Notes: a model not told the origin generated them from the sequence alone. DNA of 29,020 nucleotides from Clostridia bacterium (GCA_030536195.1 JAUNQL010000001.1:1-29020), one strand, 5' to 3'; positions 1-11,341 are shown, counted from the first letter of the stretch. Program-made: numbers and translations.

Positions 1-519
1 CCACATAAGAAGGCATGCACCAGCTGTGAGAACCATGATAATTACAAGAGCCTGTAATACAGCAGAAGCACCTGTGTAAGGTGTGCCGTCAGCAGCTGTT
101 GTGATATATCCGCCGCTTCTGAGATAGAAGAAGTAAGCTGCAGACTGAAGTACTGCGATGATTACCGCACCAATTCTGGTGATAAAGCTAATCTTTTTCT
201 TGCCTTCTTCGCCCTCTTTTGCGAGGTTTTCAAGTGCTGGGATAGCAACTGTCAAAAGTTGAATAATAATTGATGAGTTAATGTATGGTGTGATTGACAT
301 TGCAAACAATGTACCATAATTGAACGCATCACCAGTCATCATGCTGAGGTAGTTCATGAAGTTTGCTCCACCTGTATCTTGAATGATACCGCTTGCAGCA
401 TCGGTGAATGGAACTGGAATTGCAGCACCTAATCTAAAAAGCAAGAGAATAAGTGCTGTAAAAAGCATCTTTTTTCTAAGGTCTGGTACTTTAAAAGCGT
501 TGAGAAGAGTCTGCAACAT
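1..519 (-). CDS. secY: Preprotein translocase subunit SecY (5' part; runs off the window edge)
   Basis: Manual translation from ATG at 519: MLQTLLNAFKVPDLRKKMLFTALILLLFRLGAAIPVPF...SITPYINSSIIIQLL...LTAGACLLMW, which are SecY motifs; directly downstream of rplO. Absent from the ORF track because it is open at the edge. Confidence 0.97.
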   Translation of the reverse strand, partial: MLQTLLNAFKVPDLRKKMLFTALILLLFRLGAAIPVPFTDAASGIIQDTGGANFMNYLSMMTGDAFNYGTLFAMSITPYINSSIIIQLLTVAIPALENLAKEGEEGKKKISFITRIGAVIIAVLQSAAYFFYLRSGGYITTAADGTPYTGASAVLQALVIIMVLTAGACLLMW

Positions 520-520
520 T

Positions 521-964
521 TTAAACCACCTCTGCCTTTCCGCCGGCTGCTTCTATTTTTGCCTTTGCAGCCTCTGAATAAGCGTTAACCTTAACATTAA
601 GTTTTTTCTTGAGTTCGCCGTTACCAAGAACCTTGATACCGTCTTTCTCGCTCTTGATAAGACCAGCTTCGATAAGAGCAGCTGCATCTACTGTTGCACC
701 TGACTTGAAGCATCTCTCAAGATCAGAAACGTTTACTGTAACGATTTCCTTAGCGAATATGTTGTTGAAGCCTCTCTTTGGAAGTCTTCTCTGTAAAGGC
801 ATCTGTCCACCTTCAAAGCCTGGACGCTGACCTTTACCTGCTCTTGCGAGCTGACCCTTGTGACCCTTACCAGCAGTTTTACCCTGGCCAGAGGCTGGGC
901 CTCTACCTATGCGCTTAACGTCCTTCTTAGAACCAGCGGCAGGTGTGAGTTCATGTAATTTCAT
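521..964 (-). CDS. rplO: 50S ribosomal protein L15
   Basis: MKLHEL...[39 protein letters not shown]; position in the spc operon. Confidence 0.99.
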   Translation of the reverse strand: MKLHELTPAAGSKKDVKRIGRGPASGQGKTAGKGHKGQLARAGKGQRPGFEGGQMPLQRRLPKRGFNNIFAKEIVTVNVSDLERCFKSGATVDAAALIEAGLIKSEKDGIKVLGNGELKKKLNVKVNAYSEAAKAKIEAAGGKAEVV

Positions 965-981
965 AATACCTTTACCTCCGA

Positions 982-1176
982 TTAAGCCTTTGTAACTGTG
1001 ATAAGGTGAGAGATCTTTTTGATCTTACCCTGTGTCTGAGCATTGTCTGGCTGTGTTGAAACATCGCCAATCTTATGAAGACCAAGTGAGTAAGCGGTAG
1101 CAATCTGGTCTTTCTTGCTGCCGATGAGGCTCTTAGTGAGCTTTACTTCAACAGTTTCTACTGATGTCTTAGCCAT
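982..1176 (-). CDS. rpmD: 50S ribosomal protein L30
   Basis: 64 aa, VKLTKSLIG...LGLHKIG; between rpsE and rplO. Confidence 0.97.
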   Translation of the reverse strand: MAKTSVETVEVKLTKSLIGSKKDQIATAYSLGLHKIGDVSTQPDNAQTQGKIKKISHLITVTKA

Positions 1177-1190
1177 TTTGACCGCCCTCC

Positions 1191-1694
1191 TTAACCTAAA
1201 ATCTCTTTAGCGGATTTGCCGCGGATTTCAGCAACTTCTTCTACATTGCGGAGCTTTGAAAGACCGTCAATTGTAGCCCTTACAACGTTGCAAGGATTGT
1301 TAGAACGAAGTGCCTTTGAACGAATGTCCTTGATACCAACTGTCTCTACAACAGCACGAACAGGACCACCAGCGATGACACCAGTACCTGGTGCAGCTGG
1401 CTTAAGAAGTACAACGCCTGCGCCGTACTTACCAGTAATCTCGTGAGGGATTGTTGTACCCTTAAGAGATACCTTAATCAAGTTCTTCTTTGCGTCTTCG
1501 ATACCCTTGCGGATAGCATCTGGAACTTCGCCTGACTTACCAATACCGAAGCCTACGATGCCGTTGCCGTCGCCAACAACTACCAAAGCTGCAAATTTAT
1601 AGATACGTCCACCTTTAACTGTCTTTGATACACGGTTAATGGTAATGACTCTCTCTTGTAACTCTAAATTAGAAGCATCTATTTTACTAGCCAA
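1191..1694 (-). CDS. rpsE: 30S ribosomal protein S5 (probable TTG start at 1694)
   Basis: [21 protein letters not shown] motif; AAGGAGG RBS precedes TTG GCT AGT AAA; the ORF-track start at 1754 overlaps rplR and is rejected. Confidence 0.98.
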   Translation of the reverse strand: MASKIDASNLELQERVITINRVSKTVKGGRIYKFAALVVVGDGNGIVGFGIGKSGEVPDAIRKGIEDAKKNLIKVSLKGTTIPHEITGKYGAGVVLLKPAAPGTGVIAGGPVRAVVETVGIKDIRSKALRSNNPCNVVRATIDGLSKLRNVEEVAEIRGKSAKEILG

Positions 1695-1716
1695 AAGTTT
1701 TTCCTCCTTACCATTA

Positions 1717-2076
1717 TTAGAACTTAAGGCCACCCTCACGGGCACCATCTGCAAGTTCTGCTACACGACCATGATAAACGTAGCCACCACGATCAAAAAC
1801 TACTTCTTCAATGTTCTTCTTAAGTGCACGCTCAGCAAGGATCTTACCAAGTTCCTTAGCTGCGTCCTTGTTTCCACCGTACTTCTTGAAGCTCTTCTCG
1901 TTTGTAGAAGCGCTGCAAAGAGTCACACCAGCTACGTCGTCAATAATCTGAGCGTAGATGTTGTCAAGTGAGCGGTAAACGCAAAGACGTGGGCGTGAAG
2001 CTGTACCAGAAATTTTTCCGCGTACTCTCTTATGACGCTTAAGACGAGCTTTATTTGAATCTGCCTTATTAACCAT
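1717..2076 (-). CDS. rplR: 50S ribosomal protein L18
   Basis: RPRLCVYRS...[26 protein letters not shown]. Confidence 0.99.
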   Translation of the reverse strand: MVNKADSNKARLKRHKRVRGKISGTASRPRLCVYRSLDNIYAQIIDDVAGVTLCSASTNEKSFKKYGGNKDAAKELGKILAERALKKNIEEVVFDRGGYVYHGRVAELADGAREGGLKF

Positions 2077-2100
2077 AATTTAATTTCACTCCTTCTCTTA

Positions 2101-2640
2101 TTATGCGCCTTTACCGGCTTTGCCTTCTTTACGGCGGATATGTTCGTCCATGTACTTAATGCCCTTGCCCTTATATGGCTCAGGTGGACGCTTTTCACGT
2201 ACTTCTGCTGCGAACTGACCAACCTTCTGCTTGTCAATACCTGAAATAGTGATAACCTTATCATTTACTTCAGCCTTAACACCATCAGGGAATGGCATTT
2301 CTACAGGATGTGAATAACCGATGTTAAGAACAAGCTTGTTGCCTTCAACTGAAGAACGGTAACCTACACCGTTAACCTCAAGCTGCTTTGAGTAACCGTT
2401 TGTAACGCCCTCAACCATGTTAGCAATAAGAGTTCTTGTAAGACCATGAAGTGAACGATTCTCTTTCTGATCGTCTGGACGAGTTACCTTAATCTCGGCA
2501 CCGTCGATTTCAACCTTCATGTTCTGATGCACTGTTCTAGTAAGTTCACCCTTTGGGCCCTTTACAGTAACAGTGTTGCCGTCGAGCTTAACTTCTACGC
2601 CGGCAGGAATTACGATTGGCGAATTGCCTATACGTGACAT
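2101..2640 (-). CDS. rplF: 50S ribosomal protein L6
   Basis: MSRIG...GVGY...[11 protein letters not shown]. Confidence 0.99.
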   Translation of the reverse strand: MSRIGNSPIVIPAGVEVKLDGNTVTVKGPKGELTRTVHQNMKVEIDGAEIKVTRPDDQKENRSLHGLTRTLIANMVEGVTNGYSKQLEVNGVGYRSSVEGNKLVLNIGYSHPVEMPFPDGVKAEVNDKVITISGIDKQKVGQFAAEVREKRPPEPYKGKGIKYMDEHIRRKEGKAGKGA

Positions 2641-2653
2641 ACCTGTTACCTCC

Positions 2654-3052
2654 TTACCAGATGAATGCGAGAACCTCGCCGCCTACGTGAGCCTTGCGAG
2701 CTTCCTTATCTGTCATAATACCTTTTGATGTTGAGAGGATAGCAATACCGAGACCCTTCATTACCTTTGGCATGTTTTCACAGTCAGTGTAAATTCTAAG
2801 ACCTGGCTTTGATACTCTCTTGAGACCAGTAATAACTGGTGACTTGTTTTCGCCATACTTGAGTACGATTTCAATCATACCCTGCTTACCGTCTTCTTCA
2901 ACGGTGAAGCTCTTGATATAGCCCTCATCTACAAGAATCTGAGCAATAGCTTTCTTCATGTTAGATGCGGGAACTTTAACTGTATCATGTTTAGCTGCAT
3001 TAGCATTTCTAATTCTTGTGAGCATATCTGCTACTGAATCTGTAATCTGCAT
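2654..3052 (-). CDS. rpsH: 30S ribosomal protein S8
   Basis: [10 protein letters not shown]...SKPGLRIY...GGEVLAFIW; the second ATG (3052) has better RBS spacing than 3058. Confidence 0.98.
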   Translation of the reverse strand: MQITDSVADMLTRIRNANAAKHDTVKVPASNMKKAIAQILVDEGYIKSFTVEEDGKQGMIEIVLKYGENKSPVITGLKRVSKPGLRIYTDCENMPKVMKGLGIAILSTSKGIMTDKEARKAHVGGEVLAFIW

Positions 3053-3082
3053 TTGCATTTCCCTCCTTAGTTATTGCTCAAA

Positions 3083-3268
3083 TTACCAGCTTGCCTTTTT
3101 AACGCCAGGAATCTGGCCCTTGTGTGCAAGCTCTCTAAAACAAATACGGCATACGCCATACTTCCTGAGGTAGGCATGTGGTCTACCGCAGATCTTACAT
3201 CTGTTGTACTGTCTTGTTGAATATTTAGCTGGACGAGCCTGCTTAACCTTCATTGATTTCTTAGCCAC
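3083..3268 (-). CDS. rpsZ: 30S ribosomal protein S14, zinc-binding type (GTG start)
   Basis: 61 aa, RCKICGR...CRICFRE (two CxxC); GTG at 3268 after AAGGAGGG. Confidence 0.97.
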   Translation of the reverse strand: MAKKSMKVKQARPAKYSTRQYNRCKICGRPHAYLRKYGVCRICFRELAHKGQIPGVKKASW

Positions 3269-3281
3269 GTGTCTTCCCTCC

Positions 3282-3824
3282 TTATCTAGTAGCAAATGGA
3301 GCGCCCATGAGTGAGAGGAGCTCTCTTGCTTCTTCGTCTGTGTTTGCTGTTGTTACGAAACAGATATCCATACCACGAATAGCGTCAATCTTGTCGTATT
3401 CGATTTCTGGGAAAATAAGCTGTTCCTTAACACCCATTGAATAGTTACCACGACCATCAAATGAGTCTGGGTTGATACCTCTAAAGTCTCTTACTCTTGG
3501 GAGTGCCAAGTTGAAGAATCTGTCGAGGAATTCGTACATTCTATCGCCACGAAGTGTAACCTTTACACCGATTACCATGCCTTCACGGAGTTTGAAGTTA
3601 GCTACTGACTTCTTAGCCTTACAAATAACTGGCTTCTGACCAGTGATGATTGAAAGGTCGCTTATGATAGCATCTACTACCTTAGCGTTATCCTTAGCTT
3701 CGCCGCAACCTACGTTGATAACAATCTTATCAAGCTTTGGAATCTGCATAACTCTCTTGTATTCGAACTTCTTCATAAGAGCAGGTGCTACTTCTTTGGT
3801 ATACATTTCTTTAAGTCTTGCCAT
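3282..3824 (-). CDS. rplE: 50S ribosomal protein L5
   Basis: [12 protein letters not shown]...ITGQKP...FKLREG...LPRVRDFRG. Confidence 0.99.
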   Translation of the reverse strand: MARLKEMYTKEVAPALMKKFEYKRVMQIPKLDKIVINVGCGEAKDNAKVVDAIISDLSIITGQKPVICKAKKSVANFKLREGMVIGVKVTLRGDRMYEFLDRFFNLALPRVRDFRGINPDSFDGRGNYSMGVKEQLIFPEIEYDKIDAIRGMDICFVTTANTDEEARELLSLMGAPFATR

Positions 3825-3844
3825 AAGGTTTAGCCCCCTCCTTC

Positions 3845-4171
3845 TTATTCAAACTGAGCGCCGCACTTCTTGCAAACGCGTACTTTTTTACCTGTCTTCT
3901 TGTCTACTGCGTGTCCTACACGAGTAGCCTTGCCGCACTTAGGGCAAACAAGCTGTACCTTATCAGCATAGAGAGCACTCTCTGCCTTGATAAGTCCGCC
4001 AGCTTCGCCCATCTTGCGAGGCTTAACATGCTTTGTGATGATGTTGATGCCTTCAACAATTATCTTGCCTTCAGAAGGTGCAACCTCAAGTACCTTGCCC
4101 TTCTGGCCACGGTACTTACCGTTGATAACGATAACTTCATCACCTGTTTTAACGTGAACTTTATTATTCAT
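3845..4171 (-). CDS. rplX: 50S ribosomal protein L24
   Basis: [17 protein letters not shown] motif; C-terminal CPKC...CKKC; ATG at 4171 follows AGGAGG. Confidence 0.98.
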   Translation of the reverse strand: MNNKVHVKTGDEVIVINGKYRGQKGKVLEVAPSEGKIIVEGINIITKHVKPRKMGEAGGLIKAESALYADKVQLVCPKCGKATRVGHAVDKKTGKKVRVCKKCGAQFE

Positions 4172-4189
4172 TATCTCTCGCACCTCCTA

Positions 4190-4558
4190 TTAAAGTACCT
4201 CTGGAGCAAGGCTCAAGATCTTTGTGAAATCCTTTTCACGAAGCTCACGAGCTACAGGTCCAAAAATACGTGTTCCTCTTGGTGTCTTATCTTCACGGAT
4301 AAGAACTGCAGCGTTCTCATCAAAACGGATGTATGTACCGTCGTCACGACGAACACCCTTCTTTGATCTAACTACTACTGCTTTTACTACTTCGCCTTTT
4401 TTAACGCCGCCACCTGGTGTAGCCTTCTTAACTGATGCTACGATGACGTCGCCTATATTGGCATACCTCCTGCCAGTACCTCCAAGCACACGAATGCACA
4501 TGATTTCTTTTGCGCCTGAATTGTCGGCAACCTTGAGGTAACTCTGTTGTTGTACCAC
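4190..4558 (-). CDS. rplN: 50S ribosomal protein L14 (GTG start)
   Basis: VADNSGAK...FDENAAV...[12 protein letters not shown]...SLAPEVL. Confidence 0.99.
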   Translation of the reverse strand: MVQQQSYLKVADNSGAKEIMCIRVLGGTGRRYANIGDVIVASVKKATPGGGVKKGEVVKAVVVRSKKGVRRDDGTYIRFDENAAVLIREDKTPRGTRIFGPVARELREKDFTKILSLAPEVL

Positions 4559-4575
4559 AGTGGTTCCCTCCTTAA

Positions 4576-4830
4576 TTACTTAGCCTTTTCGATGATTTCA
4601 ACTACACGCCAATGCTTATCTTTTGAGATTGGACGAGTTTCCATAATAAGAACCTTGTCGCCAACATGGCATTCGTTATTTTCATCGTGTGCTTTGATTT
4701 TTACTGTACGGTTTACGATCTTCTTATAAAGTGGGTGCTTAACCCTATCTTTTACTGTAACTACTACAGTCTTGTCCATCTTATCTGATGAAACGAGGCC
4801 GACCTGAGTCTTTCTAAGATTTCTTTCCAT
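4576..4830 (-). CDS. rpsQ: 30S ribosomal protein S17
   Basis: [14 protein letters not shown]...HPLYKK...AHDE...ETRPISKDK. Confidence 0.99.
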   Translation of the reverse strand: MERNLRKTQVGLVSSDKMDKTVVVTVKDRVKHPLYKKIVNRTVKIKAHDENNECHVGDKVLIMETRPISKDKHWRVVEIIEKAK

Positions 4831-4849
4831 GACTTAATCCTCCTTAAAC

Positions 4850-5053
4850 TCAAGCATCTTCGCCGTGAAGTTCGATATCGCGCTGAATTGTCTTAATTCT
4901 AGCGATGTCCTTCTTAACGGCCTTGATGCGCATTGGGTTTTCGAGCTGATTGATAGCCTGCTGGAAACGAAGCTTAAAGAGTTCGTCCTTAAGTTCAAGA
5001 AGCTTAGCATCAAGCTCAGCGGCGGACAGTTTCTTAAGTTCTGATGCTTTCAT
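4850..5053 (-). CDS. rpmC: 50S ribosomal protein L29
   Basis: MKASEL...ELFKLRFQ...KKDIARIKT; start overlaps the rplP stop. Confidence 0.98.
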   Translation of the reverse strand: MKASELKKLSAAELDAKLLELKDELFKLRFQQAINQLENPMRIKAVKKDIARIKTIQRDIELHGEDA

Positions 5054-5472
5054 TACTGCTCACCGTCCTCTTTCTTTACAAATTTACATTTAATTGGGAG
5101 TTTGTTAGATGCAAGACGCATAGCCTCGCGAGCAAGTTCTTCATCAACGCCTGCGATTTCGAACATAACTCTGCCTGGCTTAACTACTGCTACCCAATAT
5201 TCTGGGGAACCTTTACCTGAACCCATTCGAGTTTCAGCTGGCTTCTCTGTGATTGGCTTGTCTGGGAAAATCTTAATCCAAACCTGGCCACCACGCTTAA
5301 TATAACGTGTCATAGCAATACGGGCTGCTTCTATCTGGTTAGCTGTGATCCATGCTGGCTCTAAAGCCACAAGACCATAATCACCATAAGTTACTGTATT
5401 GCCACGAGTTGCCTTACCAGTAAGACGGCCTCTCTGCTGTCTTCTGTATTTAACTCTCTTTGGCATTAACAT
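5053..5472 (-). CDS. rplP: 50S ribosomal protein L16
   Basis: [10 protein letters not shown]...IEAARIA...RMGSGKG. Confidence 0.99.
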   Translation of the reverse strand: MLMPKRVKYRRQQRGRLTGKATRGNTVTYGDYGLVALEPAWITANQIEAARIAMTRYIKRGGQVWIKIFPDKPITEKPAETRMGSGKGSPEYWVAVVKPGRVMFEIAGVDEELAREAMRLASNKLPIKCKFVKKEDGEQ

Positions 5473-6140
5473 TACTTAGCTCCCCCTTCCTTCTTATTTG
5501 CCTTACGTGTATCGTGAAGAACTTCACCCTTATAGATCCATACCTTTACGCCGATACGGCCGTAAGTTGTATCTGCCTCAGCAAAACCGTAGTCAATGTC
5601 TGCACGGATTGTCTGAAGTGGAATAGTACCTTCCTTGTAGCTCTCTGAACGAGCGATTTCTGCGCCACCAAGACGACCAGAAACCTGAGCCTTGATACCC
5701 TTAGCGCCAAGTCTCATTGTTCTACCGATAGCGAGCTTAAGAGCACGACGGTAAGAAACACGCTTCTCGAGCTGTGCAGCGATTGACTCTGCAACAAGCT
5801 GAGCGTCAAGGTCTGGCTGCTTGATTTCGATGATGTTCAAAGCTACTTCTTTACCAAGTCTCTTTTCACATTCAGCCTTAAGCTTCTCGATCTCAGCGCC
5901 GCCGCGACCGATTACCATACCTGGCTTTGCGCAGTGGATGTTGATGCGAACGCGCTTAGCGTCACGCTCAATCTCTACCTTTGGCACACCAGCAGAAGCG
6001 AGTGACTTGAGAAGGTACTCTCTGATTTCATAGTCTTCGTGGAGAGTGTCTGCGAACTGGCTCTTGTTTGCATACCAGCGAGACTCCCAGTCCTTAATTA
6101 CGCCAACTCTAAGACCAGTTGGATTAACTTTCTGTCCCAT
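5472..6140 (-). CDS. rpsC: 30S ribosomal protein S3
   Basis: [11 protein letters not shown]...KPGMVIG...[10 protein letters not shown]...TIRADIDY. Confidence 0.99.
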   Translation of the reverse strand: MGQKVNPTGLRVGVIKDWESRWYANKSQFADTLHEDYEIREYLLKSLASAGVPKVEIERDAKRVRINIHCAKPGMVIGRGGAEIEKLKAECEKRLGKEVALNIIEIKQPDLDAQLVAESIAAQLEKRVSYRRALKLAIGRTMRLGAKGIKAQVSGRLGGAEIARSESYKEGTIPLQTIRADIDYGFAEADTTYGRIGVKVWIYKGEVLHDTRKANKKEGGAK

Positions 6141-6156
6141 GTTTTACCTCCTCCTC

Positions 6157-6489
6157 TTATTCTGCTTCCTTAAGTGTAAGGGTGATGTGCGATGTCTTTT
6201 TATTAATTCTGTATGCACGACCCTTAGACATAGGTCTAATACGCTTGAGTGTAGGACCCTGATCAACAGATGCATAAGCAACATAAAGTTTGCTTGTGTC
6301 CATGTCCTTCTGCTCTGCGTTTGCGATTGCTGACTTTAATAACTTTACAAGAACCTCACTTGCAGATTTTGGTGTGTTCTTGAGAATAGCCATTGCCTTA
6401 TCAGCTGGTTGATTTCTAATAAGATCAAGTACAATCTTAACCTTACGAGGTGCGATTCTAACGAATGTTACCTTAGCTGTTGCTTCCAT
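6157..6489 (-). CDS. rplV: 50S ribosomal protein L22
   Basis: RIAPRKV...SAIANAE...GPTLKR...SHITL. Confidence 0.99.
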   Translation of the reverse strand: MEATAKVTFVRIAPRKVKIVLDLIRNQPADKAMAILKNTPKSASEVLVKLLKSAIANAEQKDMDTSKLYVAYASVDQGPTLKRIRPMSKGRAYRINKKTSHITLTLKEAE

Positions 6490-6510
6490 TTAAAAACACT
6501 CCTTTCTGCA

Positions 6511-6783
6511 TTATTTACCGGTCTTTGAACCAGCATGTCCTCTGAATGTTCTTGTTGGTGCGAACTCACCAAGCTTGTGGCCTACCATATCTTCAGTAAC
6601 GTATACTGGAACGTGCTTACGTCCATCGTGAACTGCGAAAGTATGACCAACGAACTGTGGGAATATTGTTGAAGAACGGCTCCATGTTTTAAGTACGATC
6701 TTCTCGCCACTTTCGTTCATCTTTTCAACGCGTGCGAGGAGCTTAGGTTGTACGTATGGGCCCTTTTTAAGACTTCTGCTCAT
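6511..6783 (-). CDS. rpsS: 30S ribosomal protein S19
   Basis: MSRSLKKGP...TWSRSSTI...[13 protein letters not shown]. Confidence 0.99.
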   Translation of the reverse strand: MSRSLKKGPYVQPKLLARVEKMNESGEKIVLKTWSRSSTIFPQFVGHTFAVHDGRKHVPVYVTEDMVGHKLGEFAPTRTFRGHAGSKTGK

Positions 6784-6804
6784 TATTCATAACTCCTTTC
6801 ACAA

Positions 6805-7638
6805 TTACTTTCCGTTACAACGTCTTACGATCATCTTATTGGAAGCCTTTTTCTTATTACGTGTCTTATAACCAAGAGCTGGCTTACCCCAAGGAGTAAC
6901 AGGACCTGGACGACCGATTGGTGACTTACCTTCACCACCACCGTGTGGGTGGTCGTTAGGGTTCATAACTGAACCACGTACTGTTGGGCGAATGCCAAGG
7001 TGACGTGTACGTCCAGCCTTACCAACCTTAACGTTAGCGTGGTCTGTGTTGCTAACCTGGCCGATTGTAGCCATGCAGTTGATTGGAACGTTGCGAAGTT
7101 CGCCTGATGGCAAACGAAGGAGTGCATAAGCACCTTCCTTAGCCATAAGCTGAGCTGCGTTACCAGCAGAACGAGCGAGCTGTCCGCCGCGACCTGGGTA
7201 AAGCTCAACGTTGTGGATGAATGTACCTGTTGGTACGTTTGCAAGTGGAAGAGCGTTACCTGGCTTGATGTCAACGTTTTCGCCTGCTTCTACTTTATCT
7301 CCAACCTTAAGACCTACAGGAGCAAGGATGTATGCCTTCTCGCCGTCCTCATACTGGATGAGTGCAATAAATGCTGAACGGTTTGGATCGTACTCAAGAG
7401 TGAGTACTGTAGCTGGCATATCGAACTTCTGTCTCTTAAAGTCGATAATACGATACTTTTTACGGTTTCCGCCACCGCGGTGACGAACTGTGATTCTACC
7501 ATAACTGTTGCGGCCTGCATTCTTGTTAAGAGGAGCAAGTAAGCTTCTCTCTGGTGCAACCTTTGACAGTTCGGAGTAATCTGTAACGGACATATTTCTT
7601 GTGCCGTTAGTAACTGGCTTAATGTTTCTAATTGCCAC
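6805..7638 (-). CDS. rplB: 50S ribosomal protein L2 (GTG start)
   Basis: GRNSYGRIT...YDPNRSA...[18 protein letters not shown]. Confidence 0.99.
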   Translation of the reverse strand: MAIRNIKPVTNGTRNMSVTDYSELSKVAPERSLLAPLNKNAGRNSYGRITVRHRGGGNRKKYRIIDFKRQKFDMPATVLTLEYDPNRSAFIALIQYEDGEKAYILAPVGLKVGDKVEAGENVDIKPGNALPLANVPTGTFIHNVELYPGRGGQLARSAGNAAQLMAKEGAYALLRLPSGELRNVPINCMATIGQVSNTDHANVKVGKAGRTRHLGIRPTVRGSVMNPNDHPHGGGEGKSPIGRPGPVTPWGKPALGYKTRNKKKASNKMIVRRCNGK

Positions 7639-7658
7639 TTTGATTTCCTCCCTTTTGA

Positions 7659-7955
7659 TTACATCATACCGTCGAAGAACTCAATTGTCTTTGAGTCTTC
7701 TGTGAGAGTAACGATTGCCTTCTTCCAAGAAGCTGTGTAACCCTCGTAACGGCCCTGACGGCGAAGCTTGCCGCGTACTGATAATGTGTTTACCTTTGCT
7801 ACTTTAACGTCGAAGAGTTCTTCAACTGCCTTAGCAATTTCGATCTTGTTAGCATCCTTGGCTACTTTGAATGTGTACTTCTTGTAAGCCTGGTTTTCCA
7901 TTGATGCTTCTGTGATGATTGGTTTGAGGATAATATCCTGTGCTAACTTACTCAT
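7659..7955 (-). CDS. rplW: 50S ribosomal protein L23
   Basis: PIITE...[22 protein letters not shown]...KKAIVTL. Confidence 0.98.
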   Translation of the reverse strand: MSKLAQDIILKPIITEASMENQAYKKYTFKVAKDANKIEIAKAVEELFDVKVAKVNTLSVRGKLRRQGRYEGYTASWKKAIVTLTEDSKTIEFFDGMM

Positions 7956-8575
7956 GCATATACCTCCTCAAGCTTTTCAACTGCTGCCTTAGCGATTACA
8001 ACCTTGTTGCAGTTAACGAGATCATAAACGTTGATAGCATTTACTGGTGAAACCTTAACGCCCTTGATGTTACGAGCACTCTTGTAGATGATGTCGTCAA
8101 CGCCATCTGTAACAACGAGTGTCTTCTTAGCACCACTTACTGCGTCAAGAACTTTTGCCATTTCCTTTGTCTTGATTTCCTTGAGCTTAAGCTCATCAAC
8201 AACAACGAACTCATCGTTTGCTACTTTGTCTGAAAGAGCAGAGAGCATAGCGAGCTTTCTAACCTTCTTGTTGATTGAGAAACCGTATGAACGTGGCTTT
8301 GGACCAAAAGCGATACCACCGTGTGTCCACTGTGGAGCTCTTGTTGAACCCTGGCGAGCACGGCCTGTGCCCTTCTGTCTCCATGGCTTCTTGCCACCAC
8401 CGCTAACTTCAGAGCGTGTCTTGGTTGACTGTGTGCCCTGACGCTGGTTAGCGAGATAATTAACTACTACGAGATGAACTGCTGACATATTTGGAACAAT
8501 ACCGAAGATGTCGTCATTCAGGTCCATAGTGCCAACCTTTTTGCCGGTTGTATTAAGTACTGATACCTGTGGCAT
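7952..8575 (-). CDS. rplD: 50S ribosomal protein L4
   Basis: [33 protein letters not shown]. Confidence 0.99.
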   Translation of the reverse strand: MPQVSVLNTTGKKVGTMDLNDDIFGIVPNMSAVHLVVVNYLANQRQGTQSTKTRSEVSGGGKKPWRQKGTGRARQGSTRAPQWTHGGIAFGPKPRSYGFSINKKVRKLAMLSALSDKVANDEFVVVDELKLKEIKTKEMAKVLDAVSGAKKTLVVTDGVDDIIYKSARNIKGVKVSPVNAINVYDLVNCNKVVIAKAAVEKLEEVYA

Positions 8576-8589
8576 TCTAGTCTACCTCC

Positions 8590-9225
8590 TTACGCATTCT
8601 TGATGCTGTTCTTCAAAACAACGATGCCGCCCTTAGGACCTGGAATAGCGCCCTTGATAGCGATGAGGTTGTTCTCAGCATCTACTTTAACGATGTCTAA
8701 GTTCTGGATTGTAACTCTCTCTGCACCGAGGTGACCAGCGAGTTTCTTTCCTTTGAAAACTCTTGATGGGTCAGAGCAAGCACCGAGTGAACCGGCATGT
8801 CTTACTACAGGACCTGAACCGTGAGTTTCTTTAAGTCTACCGAAGTTCCAGCGCTTGATTGCACCGGCGGTTCCTTTACCCTTTGATGTACCAACAACAT
8901 CTACTCTGTCGCCAACCTCAAATGTGTCAGCCTTTAAGATGTCGCCTACGTTAAGTGCAGCACAGTCATCAAGGCGGAATTCCTTGAGAACCTTCTTTGG
9001 TGCTACATCAGCCTTTGCGAAGTGACCCTGCATTGGCTTGTTTACTCTCTGTACCTTAACATCACCGAAGCCAAGCTGGATTGCATCATAGCCATCATTC
9101 TCAACTGTCTTCTTCTGTGTTACTGCACATGGACCTGCTTCGATTACTGTTACAGGAACTACATTTCCCTTTTCATCGAAAAGCTGTGTCATACCGATTT
9201 TCTTTCCGATAAGACCTTTTTGCAT
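8590..9225 (-). CDS. rplC: 50S ribosomal protein L3
   Basis: GKKIGMTQ...PVTVIEAGP...SKGKG...[10 protein letters not shown]. Confidence 0.99.
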   Translation of the reverse strand: MQKGLIGKKIGMTQLFDEKGNVVPVTVIEAGPCAVTQKKTVENDGYDAIQLGFGDVKVQRVNKPMQGHFAKADVAPKKVLKEFRLDDCAALNVGDILKADTFEVGDRVDVVGTSKGKGTAGAIKRWNFGRLKETHGSGPVVRHAGSLGACSDPSRVFKGKKLAGHLGAERVTIQNLDIVKVDAENNLIAIKGAIPGPKGGIVVLKNSIKNA

Positions 9226-9298
9226 GATATTTTCCTCCTTTAGTTATTGGTTGGTGTTTCCACCAACATGACTTTTCCTGGACTTGAGACTTTAGCGA

Positions 9299-9610
9299 TT
9301 AAAGTTTAATCTCGATCTCTACGCCAGCAGGAAGCTCAAGACCTGTGAGAGCCTCAACTGTTTTGTTTGAAGGTCTCATGATGTCGATGAGTCTCTTGTG
9401 TGTGCGCTGCTCGAACTGCTCACGGCTGTCCTTGTACTTGTGTACAGCGCGAAGGATTGTTACTACTTCCTTCTCTGTTGGAAGTGGAACTGGGCCAGAA
9501 ACCTTAGCGCCTGTGCGCTTTGCTGTTTCAACAATCTTCTCTGCTGCTGCATCTACAAGATTGTGGTCGTAACCCTTAAGTCTGATTCTGATTTTTTCTT
9601 TTACTGCCAT
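9299..9610 (-). CDS. rpsJ: 30S ribosomal protein S10
   Basis: [10 protein letters not shown]...GPVPLPT...[19 protein letters not shown]. Confidence 0.99.
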   Translation of the reverse strand: MAVKEKIRIRLKGYDHNLVDAAAEKIVETAKRTGAKVSGPVPLPTEKEVVTILRAVHKYKDSREQFEQRTHKRLIDIMRPSNKTVEALTGLELPAGVEIEIKL

Positions 9611-9826
9611 TTTTTATTCCTCCATAAAATACACACCGCCGGGCGTTTCCTCTCTCAGTAATTAAAAAACCTGGAAAACAGGAACGTCTCCGGTTGGCAA
9701 AACGGCATAGTTTCGCCCGGTTTAAAATCGGACATACTCCGCAGGAGTTCCCTACCTCAGAGGGTAGCCACATCCCACATCTACGCATATCTACGCGCTT
9801 TTCGACACGTCTGCCTTTTCGCGCGC
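9611..9826 (-). promoter_or_regulatory. Structured 5' leader of the S10 operon (candidate ribosomal-protein leader)
   Basis: About 215 nt between promoter and rpsJ; complementary CCGGGCG/CGCCCGG (9639-9645, 9714-9720) plus hairpins at 9670-9682, 9736-9748 and 9752-9767. Confidence 0.6.
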
Positions 9827-9832
9827 CCCAAT

Positions 9833-9861
9833 ATAATATCACGCGTATTATAATAATGCAA
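9833..9861 (-). promoter_or_regulatory. Sigma-A promoter of the S10 operon
   Basis: Minus strand TTGCAT-17 nt-TATTAT with TGn extension, followed by GC-rich GGGGCGCGCG (discriminator-like). Confidence 0.7.
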
Positions 9862-10024
9862 CAATTTTTTCAAAAAACTTTCGTAGAGTTTACACAAAGG
9901 ATTGCCATAATCTTTGGCAAACACAACATATAGTTTGATATGGCTAAAAACGCCACCAAATGGCATATATTGTGGAGAAAAAGTTTACAATTTGTTTATA
10001 TTTTCACCTTTTTCTGCTAATCGC

Positions 10025-10053
10025 TTGCAAACCCTCTCGCGCGCGTATATTAT
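10025..10053 (+). promoter_or_regulatory. Sigma-A promoter of rarA
   Basis: TTGCAA-17 nt-TATTAT about 37 nt upstream of the ATG. Confidence 0.65.
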
Positions 10054-10090
10054 AAATGGTATATTAGAAAAGTCAATGGAGGACCTAAAA

Positions 10091-11341
10091 ATGAGCTCAC
10101 CTCTAGCCGATCGTCTTCGTCCAACAACATTGGATGAAATGGTAGGACAAGAACACCTTTTGGGGCCAGGAAAAGCCCTTAGAAACATCATCGAATCAGG
10201 CGAGATTCCAAACCTGATTTTCTATGGCCCATCAGGTATAGGCAAGACAACTCTTGCCAGCATCATTGCAAAACAGACCAATAAGAGACTTTACAAGCTC
10301 AACGCAACCAACGCATCAGTGAACGATATCAAGGATATCATCGCTGATGTGGATACTCTTATGACTCCAAATGGTATCCTCCTCTATCTCGATGAGATTC
10401 AGTATTTCAATAAAAAGCAACAACAGTCACTCCTTGAGTTTTTGGAGAGCGGCAAGATAACCATGATTGCATCAACTACAGAAAATCCATATTTTTATGT
10501 ATACAATGCAGTTATCAGCCGTTGCACAGTATTTGAGTTTAAATCAGTTACGCCGGCCGAAATTGAAAAGGCCGTGCTTCGCGCATTTTCTATTATAAGT
10601 GAAGAGAACGGCGTGACTTTCGATATCGAGGACGGCTTAACGCTCGACATCGCGACCAGCGCTGGCGGCGATGTGCGCAAGGCAATCAATACAGTGGAAC
10701 TGATTGGCCTTGCCGCACTGGATGGCAAGGTGACGAAGGATCTCGTCACCGACATCACAGGCCACAGCGCAATGCGCTATGACCGTGCAGGCGACGACCA
10801 CTACGATATCCTCTCCGCTTACCAAAAGTCTATGCGTGGCTCAGACCCTGACGCTGCGCTCCACTATCTCGCAAGACTTTTGGAAGCAGGCGATTTGATA
10901 TCAGCTGTACGTCGCCTCCTTGTCTGCGCATGCGAGGACGTAGGCCTTGCATATCCTCAGATTATCCCTATTGTCAAATCCGCTTGCGACATCGCACTTC
11001 AAGTTGGACTCCCAGAGGCACAGATTCCACTTGCTGACGCAGTCATACTTGTTGCCACTAGTCCTAAGTCCAACTCTGGCGTCAGTGCAATCGAAGCTGC
11101 GATGGCAGACATCCAAAGTGGCAACTTTGGCGCCATCCCAAGAACCCTCCAAAACAAACACTTTGATGGAGAGGATCAGGATATCAAAGGTCAGTTCTAC
11201 AAATACCCTCACGTATTTCCAAATCACTGGCTTGAGCAACAGTATCTTCCTGATGCTATCAAAGATGTAACTTACTATGAATATGGAGATAATAAGATAG
11301 AGCAAGCCACAAAAGCTTACTGGGATCAAATCAAAAAATAG
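10091..11341 (+). CDS. rarA: Replication-associated recombination protein A (AAA+ ATPase, RarA family)
   Basis: PLADRLRP..LDEMVGQEHL, Walker A GPSGIGKTT, Walker B LDE, STTENP, SAYQKSMRGSDPDAA, C-terminal YKYPH; start set at ATG 10091 after GGAGG. Confidence 0.95.
   Translation: MSSPLADRLRPTTLDEMVGQEHLLGPGKALRNIIESGEIPNLIFYGPSGIGKTTLASIIAKQTNKRLYKLNATNASVNDIKDIIADVDTLMTPNGILLYLDEIQYFNKKQQQSLLEFLESGKITMIASTTENPYFYVYNAVISRCTVFEFKSVTPAEIEKAVLRAFSIISEENGVTFDIEDGLTLDIATSAGGDVRKAINTVELIGLAALDGKVTKDLVTDITGHSAMRYDRAGDDHYDILSAYQKSMRGSDPDAALHYLARLLEAGDLISAVRRLLVCACEDVGLAYPQIIPIVKSACDIALQVGLPEAQIPLADAVILVATSPKSNSGVSAIEAAMADIQSGNFGAIPRTLQNKHFDGEDQDIKGQFYKYPHVFPNHWLEQQYLPDAIKDVTYYEYGDNKIEQATKAYWDQIKK

Noticed and set aside
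9914-10090. 59-aa N-terminal extension of RarA in the ORF track; similar extensions for rpsE, rpsZ, rplX, nth, the NifX-like gene, pyk, the ThrE small subunit and mgsA
   Set aside because: The extensions run through promoters or upstream genes; downstream starts have proper RBS spacing and match family N-termini.
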